In this document: positions 51,693-59,512 of the stretch, one piece after another
Numbering within the stretch: position 1 is the stretch's first letter
Layout of the letters: each line of letters starts with the position of its first letter
Position numbers and translations under genes: made by a program
IMG/VR virus record: IMGVR_UViG_3300032007_001727
Strand: one strand, 5' to 3'
DNA from: a virus
Lineage: Duplodnaviria; Caudoviricetes
Length of the DNA stretch: 64,000 nucleotides
Notes under the pieces: generated by a model
The model's input: the letters and a program-made list of their open reading frames with translations, nothing else
Database searches by the model: none
What the model was told of the DNA's origin: nothing

Positions 51693-53105
51693 TTGTATTC
51701 TCTTGTTTATAATATTGACGTTGATATATCTCTGTTATATTGGATTGAACGGTTGATTACAGATAAGAAAGAACTTTTAAATAAAATATTGAAGACCAAC
51801 GAAGAATATATTAAGGACGCGATTGGAATACATGGGAATAAATATTCCTATGAGAAAACTGTTTATCTTGGGAGCAAAAAGAAAGTGTGTATAATTTGCC
51901 CCAAGCATGGGGAGTTTTGGCAAGAAGCAAATTCTCATTTAAAAGGGTGTGGGTGTCCCATGTGTTTTAGGGAAAAACGTAGTGAAGAAAATAAAACTAC
52001 ATTCGATAAATTTATTCGTAAATGCAGAATGATACATGGTGAACTTTATCATTATGATGAGAGTACTTTTACCGATATGCATACTAAAACCAAAATAACT
52101 TGCCCGATTCATGGTGAGTTTTGGCAGACACCCGCTTCACACCTTAATGGTAAAGGTTGTCCAAAATGTTCAAGGGGTAGCAAATACACAACTGAGGATT
52201 GGATAGAGAAATCCAAAACGGTTCACGGTGAAACATACGACTATTCAAAATCAAATTATATTAGTACGAGAGAAAAAATATGTATCATCTGTCCTAAACA
52301 TGGGGAGTTTTGGCAACTACCAAATAAACATTTGGAAGGTCAAGGATGTCCAAATTGCTCAAAAGAAAAAAGAAGATATACTATTGAACAATTCATCGAA
52401 ATGGCAAAAAAAGTCCACGGTGATAAATATGATTATTCGAATTCTGAATATGTGAATAGTAGAACTAAAATTAAAATAATATGTCAAAAACACGGTGAAT
52501 TTTGGATGAAGCCAAATGACCATTTGAATGGTCAAGGGTGTCCAAAGTGTGGTGATGAAAAAATGGCCGATAAAAGTAGGTTAAATATTAATGAAATTTT
52601 AAATAGATTTTCAAAAATTTACAATGATAAATATTCCTATGAACTTTGGAATAATGATTATAAAAACATTGAAGATGTAATACCAATAATTTGTCCCAAA
52701 CACGGGTTATTCCACAAGACCGTCCATCAACATTTGCAGGGCCAAGGGTGTCCGAAATGTAATTCTAGCATATTGGAGAATAATATGCGAAATTTCCTAA
52801 ATGAGAATAGTATTACGTTCTCTGAACAGCAAAAATTTGATTGGTTGGGCAAAATGAGTTTTGATTTTTACCTATCAGATTATAAAATCGCAATTGAATG
52901 TCAAGGTGAACAGCATTTTAAACCCTTTGAGTATTTTGGTGGGGAGTTATCACTTGAAAAACAAATAAAAAGAGATAAGTTAAAAGAAAAACTTGCAACC
53001 GAGAATGACATAGAAATATTGTATTATTCAAATAAAAAATATAACGATAATATCATTACAGATAAGAAAGAAATTTTAAATAAAATATTGAAAAATTATG
53101 AGTAG
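51693..53105 (+). CDS. Zinc-ribbon repeat + DUF559/Vsr-like homing endonuclease
   Basis: Five CPKHG-type repeats; SFDFYLSDYKIAIECQGEQHF; true start uncertain. Confidence 0.75.
   Translation: MYSLVYNIDVDISLLYWIERLITDKKELLNKILKTNEEYIKDAIGIHGNKYSYEKTVYLGSKKKVCIICPKHGEFWQEANSHLKGCGCPMCFREKRSEENKTTFDKFIRKCRMIHGELYHYDESTFTDMHTKTKITCPIHGEFWQTPASHLNGKGCPKCSRGSKYTTEDWIEKSKTVHGETYDYSKSNYISTREKICIICPKHGEFWQLPNKHLEGQGCPNCSKEKRRYTIEQFIEMAKKVHGDKYDYSNSEYVNSRTKIKIICQKHGEFWMKPNDHLNGQGCPKCGDEKMADKSRLNINEILNRFSKIYNDKYSYELWNNDYKNIEDVIPIICPKHGLFHKTVHQHLQGQGCPKCNSSILENNMRNFLNENSITFSEQQKFDWLGKMSFDFYLSDYKIAIECQGEQHFKPFEYFGGELSLEKQIKRDKLKEKLATENDIEILYYSNKKYNDNIITDKKEILNKILKNYE
51756..53092 (+). repeat. 38-bp direct repeats bracketing the endonuclease body (51756-51793 and 53055-53092)
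   Basis: ATTACAGATAAGAAAGAA(C/A)TTTTAAATAAAATATTGAA with 1 mismatch. Confidence 0.8.
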
Positions 53106-53778
53106 CATTGGAACTTTTGAAGACTTTAGGAAGTTTGCGGTCAGCAACACTAAAGCGAATGGCGATGTCCTAGACGGCCAAGTTAAAAATTTCGTTTACC
53201 CAACCATTGTTGAGGAAAGGTCGAGCAATATTAGGGCAAACGAAATGAATGTATTTTCTAGGTTAGTTCAAGACCGGATTATATTCCTCAGTGGTGAGGT
53301 GTCAAGTGAGTCTATGGATACCATTACCGCTCAGTTGCTTTATTTGGACTCCATTGACAACCGTGAGATAAATATATACATTAACAGTGTCGGCGGTGAT
53401 TGCTATAGTGGCTTGGAGTTGGTGTCTGTGATGAACTTTGTAAAGAGTGATGTGTCCACGACGGTTCTTGGACTTGCTGCGTCAATGGGTGCGGTCATAT
53501 CATCTAGCGGTGCCAAAGGAAAGAGGTTCCTCTTGCCATATTCAAGGTTCATGATACATCAACCGTCTAGTTCAAGCGGTTATTTTGTAAAGTTCACCGA
53601 TTCAAAGGTTGCCTTGAGGGAAATGGAGAGCGTTAGGGAGGACCTATATCACATCCTAGCCGACAACAGCGGAAAGCCTTTTGATGAAATCGTTGAACTC
53701 TGCGAGAACGGTGACAAGTGGTTTAAGGGTGAAGAGGCTGTCGAGAATGGTTTCGCGGATTCTGTAATAAGACGATAA
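53098..53778 (+). CDS. clpP: ATP-dependent Clp protease proteolytic subunit
   Basis: VFSRLVQDRIIFL, AQLLYL, YINSVGG, GLAASMG (catalytic Ser) and RFMIHQP (catalytic His). Confidence 0.9.
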   Translation: MSSIGTFEDFRKFAVSNTKANGDVLDGQVKNFVYPTIVEERSSNIRANEMNVFSRLVQDRIIFLSGEVSSESMDTITAQLLYLDSIDNREINIYINSVGGDCYSGLELVSVMNFVKSDVSTTVLGLAASMGAVISSSGAKGKRFLLPYSRFMIHQPSSSSGYFVKFTDSKVALREMESVREDLYHILADNSGKPFDEIVELCENGDKWFKGEEAVENGFADSVIRR

Positions 53779-53839
53779 AAAATATTTTTCATTTTTTTTA
53801 TCTTTAGATGATATTTATAGGGGAAAAAAGATAAATAAC

Positions 53840-54307
53840 ATGAAAACTATAATAAGACTTACTGAATCAGAGTTGCATGGTCTAATCAGCAGGAGTGTCA
53901 AGAAAATCATTAAAGAAGAGAATGAGTATAACAACACAATCCTGCTGAATACCATTGCACAGTGCATTGCTTCCGGTGATAAAATCACCGCAAAGAAAGG
54001 CTTTAATGACACATATGTTATGGTTAACGGCGGTGAAGAGGCATATATCGGATTTACGTTGGAATCTGACCCGTATTTAATTGGCGGAATTAAGAGTAGT
54101 GACCGTGATGTTCCGGATGATGCGGATAAGGTTATCGACAATCCGACAGTGTATGTGGAAAGTATTAAAATATGGGACGATGAAAATGAAGAAGAAATCA
54201 CCTTGAAAGATGACGGCACCGTTGCGGAAGCATTGGAAAACATGATTGAGGTTGATTATACCAACGATGACCTATTACCATATAGCAGATGGGAATACTA
54301 CGACTAA
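53840..54307 (+). CDS. IRLTESELH-leader acidic protein
   Basis: MKTIIRLTESELHGLISRSVKKIIKEE; GATATTTATAG at 53810. Confidence 0.75.
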   Translation: MKTIIRLTESELHGLISRSVKKIIKEENEYNNTILLNTIAQCIASGDKITAKKGFNDTYVMVNGGEEAYIGFTLESDPYLIGGIKSSDRDVPDDADKVIDNPTVYVESIKIWDDENEEEITLKDDGTVAEALENMIEVDYTNDDLLPYSRWEYYD

Positions 54308-54333
54308 TTTTTTTAAAAATATATAGATAGAAT

Positions 54334-54465
54334 ATGGCTTGTGGATGTAGTAAGAACAAAACAGCCTCTTCTAACGCCATTAAGGTAACGGCACCAACTA
54401 GAGTGAGTAGGCCGTTAAGTGAGAGTGGCCGAGTAAGAAGGGCTGAAAAAAGAATTATACGATGA
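54334..54465 (+). CDS. Small basic 43-aa protein MACGCSK... (not in ORF track)
   Basis: MACGCSKNKTASSNAIKVTAPTRVSRPLSESGRVRRAEKRIIR*; ATGA overlap with the next gene. Confidence 0.55.
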   Translation: MACGCSKNKTASSNAIKVTAPTRVSRPLSESGRVRRAEKRIIR

Positions 54466-54872
54466 TACACGTTTATAACTCGCACGACGAAGACTTTACT
54501 AGTAAGGAGAATAACTTCTATTGCGGAAGACACAAGAACCCGAAGACAAAACAAAATGACAATCCTTTGGCAAACCCGTTTACATACAACGGTGTTAAGT
54601 CCAACTTGGCGGCATTGTCATTCAAGACAAGGGACGAGGCGGTTGAAGCATATGAGAAGTATTTTGACAAAATGTACGGCAATGACGAAGACTTGACGGC
54701 TGCGTTTGACGAAATATATGAACACTATAAAAATGGTGAGGACATCTATCTCCAATGTTTCTGCAAACCGAACAAATGCCACTGCGACATCATTGCGGAC
54801 AGATTGCAGCGCAAATTAATAAAAGAGAAAATGCTTGAGAGAAAATTAAGTAAAATAAAGGCAACCAAGTGA
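54462..54872 (+). CDS. DUF4326-like protein
   Basis: YCGR...LANPF...RDEAVEAY...LQCFCKPNKCHCDII. Confidence 0.7.
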   Translation: MIHVYNSHDEDFTSKENNFYCGRHKNPKTKQNDNPLANPFTYNGVKSNLAALSFKTRDEAVEAYEKYFDKMYGNDEDLTAAFDEIYEHYKNGEDIYLQCFCKPNKCHCDIIADRLQRKLIKEKMLERKLSKIKATK

Positions 54873-54887
54873 TTTTGGTTGCCTTTT
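54857..54887. terminator. Bidirectional terminator
   Basis: AAAGGCAACCAA-GTGATT-TTGGTTGCCTTT. Confidence 0.7.
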
Positions 54888-54891
54888 GTTA

Positions 54892-55471
54892 TTATATGTC
54901 ACAATTAAGTGCATTTTGATTAATTGCAGATATTGCCGCCCTGCTTGCGGCATCTAAAGCCCAACATCCACAGAAAGCATAATCACCGATGCTTGTAACA
55001 CCACTGCCAAGTGTGCAAGTTGTCATGGCAGAACAACCATCGAAAGCACCACCACTAATACTTGTAACACTATCCGGAATTGTTATACTTGTTAAACCAG
55101 TACAACTCCAAAAAGTCACATAACCAATGCTTGTAACACCACTACTAATGGTACAACTTGTCATTGCGGGAAAATAATAAAAAGCCCAATCGCCAATACT
55201 TGTGCAAAGTGTACCAACTTCGGCATTGACACAAGTTGCGCTGTATGGATTTGTCATTGCACTTGTCAGTTCTCCACTGCCTTGCAGTTCAACAACTTCA
55301 CCATTGTTAAGTGTTAATTTACAGAAGAAAGGTGGGGGGGGGGGGTAAAACGTCCGGATTATAGTGCATAGCACCATCGGCCACGACGTAACTTACGTTT
55401 GGCTTTGGGTAGTCCGTGGCAGTATAAGCAGTATAGGCTGCATTATCTGCAAATTCTTTAACGTACTTCAT
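54892..55471 (-). pseudogene. BspA-type LRR gene frameshifted in a poly-C12 tract (candidate phase-OFF state)
   Basis: True ATG at 55471 gives MKYVKEFADNAAYTAYTATDYPKPNVSYVVADGAMHYNPDVL, near-identical to the 27850 gene. C12 shifts the frame to a stop (PPPPTFLL*), whereas C11 would give a 192-aa LRR protein. Confidence 0.8.
55334..55345 (-). repeat. Homopolymer G12 (C12 on coding strand)
   Basis: Direct count of the G run; gene span 580 nt = 3n+1. Confidence 0.85.
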
Positions 55472-55616
55472 AATTATTATTTTTAAAGTTTTAAATATAG
55501 TTATTTTCTTTATAAATATTTTTGAAAAAACAAAAAAACAAATTTATCATGATATTTATAGGGAAATAACATATTGATGAGTAGATACTCATCATAAACT
55601 TTAAATATTAAATAAT

Positions 55617-58340
55617 ATGAGTAAAGACAGAAAAAAACTTTTGCACATTCATAGTAGCGTGAATGACAAACAGCCAACGCCGGAAACACTTGAGTTCGGT
55701 GAACTTGGCGTAAACATTGCTGAGGGCAATGCTTTTATTTCAACTAAGAATATTGGCGGTGAAGTCGTAAGATTTTCTGAGGACGGCACAATCATCGATT
55801 GGATGGAGTACAAGGAAGTATTCCCCTATGAGGCATACGTTAGGGGTTCCAATGCTGCCTCAAGCGGTGTGACCGAATCAGACTTAGTCAACAACAAGTC
55901 CAACATTATCGTTAAACTCAACCAAGTTGTCGCAAAGAACACCGAATATGACGAAAAGGTTAACGGTGCCAAGGATATCTATGGCAATTTAATCAATCCA
56001 ATCGGTACTGACAATTATCGTGACGGTGCCGGTCTTGCAATTGATATGTCTAGGTATGCCATGATAGGTGCAAATCCATCATTCAGTTCTCTCACAACCA
56101 CTTGCAATACGACACTGCAAGGTCAGACAACCATCAGCGGAAGCACTTCATCTTCTTGCGGCAACGGTTTGAATGTCAATGTTCAGAATGTGTGCATCGA
56201 GGCAACGTCTGAATTAAACGAATATGGTGTTGAGAAGACCAATGTCGGTAAGAGTTGTAACGGAAACTCCGTATCCAATAATACTAGCGTCAATGGTAAG
56301 AAGATACTGATTTCTGCCACCAACGGCGATAACACCGTTGATATTGATGGATGCAGCCGGATAAGCGGAAGGACAAACGACTTTGTCATCACGGAGTGTA
56401 CCAACAATGCCGGTAAGGTAGAGATAGATACGACAAACGTAAATGTAAGCGCGTCTACATCTATCGTAAAGTCTTGTGATAAGATTTCACTGCATTCAAC
56501 AAATATTACACTCTCTGACAGTGGCTGCTCCGATAACGGACAAGTTACCGTTGAGACGAACGACCTCTGCCTTGTCGGAGAAACAAAGGCTACTTTGTAC
56601 GGTAACACAACCAACGTGGGTGTTGATTGCGACGGTTCGGCAAAGGCTAGTGAGACAAACGTGAACGGTACAACCATTAACATTACCGGCAACACGATTA
56701 ATGAAAGTGCTGTCACAATCAATGAGAGTGCAACGACCATCAATGAAATTGCAAACAACTACGTTGTAAGCGGTGCAAATGCTTGTATTGCCACTAGCAG
56801 CAATGTCTCTATCGGCGGTGACGCATCTACAAAGATAGGTACCGACTGTAACGGCAACGTAATCTCAAACGTGACTGAGATTAATGCGACTAGTTCAATT
56901 ACCATCAATTCTCCAATTACCAATATAACCGGTGATACCCATATCGGCGGAAATACATATATAAGCGGAACTACCATCATAAGTGGTGACACCACGATAA
57001 GCGTAAACTGCCCATCACTCACGAACAACACTCTTGATGAGGCACTATGCGAGGCATTCAACCGTTCTGTTGTAAGCGTAACGGCTTCTACTGCGACTCC
57101 GGCCGGTACAAACTATCAGAAATATACGGTAAGACAAGATAGCACCAACCGGTCCGTTGACATTGCAATCCCAAATGTTACAATAAGTTCTACAACAAGC
57201 GGGTTGGGAGACAATATTCTTAAGAGTTATGACATTATGTACGATGGTGTCAGCCGTGGTAAAATCGACATTCCAAAGGACTTCCTCGTTAAATCCGGCT
57301 CCGTCAAGGTCGTTGAAAGGCCGGATGACCCATACAGCGGGGCACAAGTTGGTGACAAGTATATTGACTTGGTATTGAATGTCTTGAGTGGAAGTTCGGA
57401 ACCCGACCAACACGTTTATATACCAATTAAGGACTTGGTTTCCAACATGGAGTTTAAGTCGACTAGCGGCTCAATCTCGATTGCAACGGCAACAACACAA
57501 GGAAGTGAGTCTGTTGACTTGAACGTTGCACACCCGCTCAAGTGGAGTGCCGGTGCATTTACCGCAGATACTACGGGGTATGACGGTTCGTCAGAGAAGA
57601 CAATCACCGTACCGACTAGTCTTTCACACCTCACTCACGGTAACTTAACCTTGACACACAATGGCACTAGTGTTACTTATGACCCATCTACGGCAACTTC
57701 TGCAACATTGGCCCACAGTGCATTGACCGCAACATATGAAGCAACTAGCGGAAAGACCGGAAGTGTGACATATAATACATCAGCCGCCACCGGTATCTCA
57801 ATCCCGACTTGTGTGAACCATCTTGGCCGTTCGACGCTTGCTTGGAACTATGGAAGCACCACAACCGCAACAAATGGTACCTATGACCCCGGAGCAAACT
57901 GTAACGGTACGAGTTCTAGTACGGTTATCATCCCTAAAACAATAGGCAACATCACGGATGATGTAATCACAATCAATCCTTCGGATTCTTGTATTACCGT
58001 AAACGGTGACATCAACTCCAACAACGTAATTAAGGGCACTGCCTTCTACGCTAGTTCAGACTTGAACCTTAAGGAGAACATCAACGACATATCGTCTGAG
58101 GACATTGACAAGGTTTCAAATGTTAATCTTAAGGAATTCAACTTCAAGTCCGATGAGAACAAGGAAAAGAAGTACGGTGTAATAGCACAAGACCTTCAAG
58201 TTGCCGGACTCGGTAATATCGTGGAGAAGGGAAGCGACGGTTTCTTAAGTGTTGACTACACATCATTCTTGCTACTTAAGATTGCAAGCCTAGAGAAGAA
58301 AATCGATGAACTCACAAACAAGATTGAAGGAATTAAGTAG
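55617..58340 (+). CDS. Tail fibre/spike with C-terminal intramolecular chaperone (peptidase S74)
   Basis: N-terminal PTPETLEFGELGVN; beta-helix TINES repeats; C-terminal FYASSDLNLKENI...YGVIAQDL...SVDY plus coiled coil. Confidence 0.8.
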   Translation: MSKDRKKLLHIHSSVNDKQPTPETLEFGELGVNIAEGNAFISTKNIGGEVVRFSEDGTIIDWMEYKEVFPYEAYVRGSNAASSGVTESDLVNNKSNIIVKLNQVVAKNTEYDEKVNGAKDIYGNLINPIGTDNYRDGAGLAIDMSRYAMIGANPSFSSLTTTCNTTLQGQTTISGSTSSSCGNGLNVNVQNVCIEATSELNEYGVEKTNVGKSCNGNSVSNNTSVNGKKILISATNGDNTVDIDGCSRISGRTNDFVITECTNNAGKVEIDTTNVNVSASTSIVKSCDKISLHSTNITLSDSGCSDNGQVTVETNDLCLVGETKATLYGNTTNVGVDCDGSAKASETNVNGTTINITGNTINESAVTINESATTINEIANNYVVSGANACIATSSNVSIGGDASTKIGTDCNGNVISNVTEINATSSITINSPITNITGDTHIGGNTYISGTTIISGDTTISVNCPSLTNNTLDEALCEAFNRSVVSVTASTATPAGTNYQKYTVRQDSTNRSVDIAIPNVTISSTTSGLGDNILKSYDIMYDGVSRGKIDIPKDFLVKSGSVKVVERPDDPYSGAQVGDKYIDLVLNVLSGSSEPDQHVYIPIKDLVSNMEFKSTSGSISIATATTQGSESVDLNVAHPLKWSAGAFTADTTGYDGSSEKTITVPTSLSHLTHGNLTLTHNGTSVTYDPSTATSATLAHSALTATYEATSGKTGSVTYNTSAATGISIPTCVNHLGRSTLAWNYGSTTTATNGTYDPGANCNGTSSSTVIIPKTIGNITDDVITINPSDSCITVNGDINSNNVIKGTAFYASSDLNLKENINDISSEDIDKVSNVNLKEFNFKSDENKEKKYGVIAQDLQVAGLGNIVEKGSDGFLSVDYTSFLLLKIASLEKKIDELTNKIEGIK

Positions 58341-58354
58341 AAAAATTAAAATAA

Positions 58355-58385
58355 ATGGGGCAATCCGAACATTGCCCCATACTTT
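58355..58385 (+). terminator. Hairpin / putative terminator or attenuator
   Basis: ATGGGGCAAT-CCGAAC-ATTGCCCCAT. Confidence 0.55.
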
Positions 58386-58400
58386 AATAAAAACCTAACA

Positions 58401-59459
58401 ATGGCAAATTGCTTTGAAATAATAGAATGTAACGAACTTGCCACCATAAAGTATATGAGAAACTTAATACCTAGCAGTATTGGTTCTTGTACTAGTGTGT
58501 CTGCCGGTACGGTTATCCCAACTACTTGCGGCGGTAACCCATTGGAGGAAAACTACATCCCTAAGTATTCGGAGTTGGATAATGAGACGTTCGCACCTAA
58601 GAGGGCCACGAATGACAGCGACCCTAGCCAAGACGTGAACGGGTTCATCATTTCGGCACCGACAGTTGTGAGTTCTTCTTGCGGAAGCGTGGCACAAGGT
58701 GACGAGGCACTTATGAAATCACAGATTTCATTCGGTGCAACCTCTGCAAGCAGCGTTTCTCATAATAATATATCAATGCCTAGTGCATGTAATACTTCTT
58801 GGTCTTTGGACATTGTTAAGACGTGGGACAGAGTAACATATTCATGTAACAACGGCTCCATAACACCTTCAACACAATCAATCACTAAAAATGAAAGCAA
58901 TAGTGGTGAGTTGAGTAAGTCCTATTCACCCACTTTCAGCAGTGGTTCCACATCGGCAAAGACAACTTGGGATGTTTCCTTTGGTTCACATGTTGAGACA
59001 ACTACTATAAGTGACAGATGCGGCGGTACGGTATCAACATCTACGACCTTTAGTGTAAGCAGTTATAATATAAGCGGGTTGGTTGAATGGCCGAGTGGTA
59101 TGGTTCCATGTAATCCGGGTACCGCAAAGATAGATTTTACAATCAGCAACGGTGACTGCCCGGATGAAATACAATTAGAAGTTACCGCCTCGACCATAGA
59201 CGGAATCACTGCCGGTACGATAATATCTAATACTACTAGCATTAACATAGGAAGAAATGAACGGAATGTCACTAGAGAGGAAATGACAATCGTTCCAATT
59301 GTAAATGGTTCTAGAAAGAGTAGTGACGAGTTTACGGTGGAGATTCAAAGAGGTACTTGCGGATATTCTTCCATACCAAGTTTCTATGGGTGTAGCCCGT
59401 TTGCAACAATAGAGAACACTTGGGAGAACCTACCGGACCAAGAAGAACACCCGTATTAA
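58401..59459 (+). CDS. Ser/Thr/Cys-rich putative tail-fibre accessory protein
   Basis: 352 aa directly after the tail fibre; beta-rich composition. Confidence 0.45.
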   Translation: MANCFEIIECNELATIKYMRNLIPSSIGSCTSVSAGTVIPTTCGGNPLEENYIPKYSELDNETFAPKRATNDSDPSQDVNGFIISAPTVVSSSCGSVAQGDEALMKSQISFGATSASSVSHNNISMPSACNTSWSLDIVKTWDRVTYSCNNGSITPSTQSITKNESNSGELSKSYSPTFSSGSTSAKTTWDVSFGSHVETTTISDRCGGTVSTSTTFSVSSYNISGLVEWPSGMVPCNPGTAKIDFTISNGDCPDEIQLEVTASTIDGITAGTIISNTTSINIGRNERNVTREEMTIVPIVNGSRKSSDEFTVEIQRGTCGYSSIPSFYGCSPFATIENTWENLPDQEEHPY

Positions 59460-59512
59460 GGTATGTGATTCTGTAATTTTATACTAAGCAAAGAAAAATA
59501 AATCATTATAAT

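Noticed and set aside
54892-55377. ORF-track start MVLCTIIRT for the small LRR gene
   Set aside because: Artefact of the poly-C frameshift; homology to the 27850 gene places the true start at 55471
55575-55594. TGATGAG-TAGATA-CTCATCA as a hammerhead ribozyme core
   Set aside because: Lacks CUGAUGA and the downstream GAAA core; it is just a short hairpin in the tail-fibre leader
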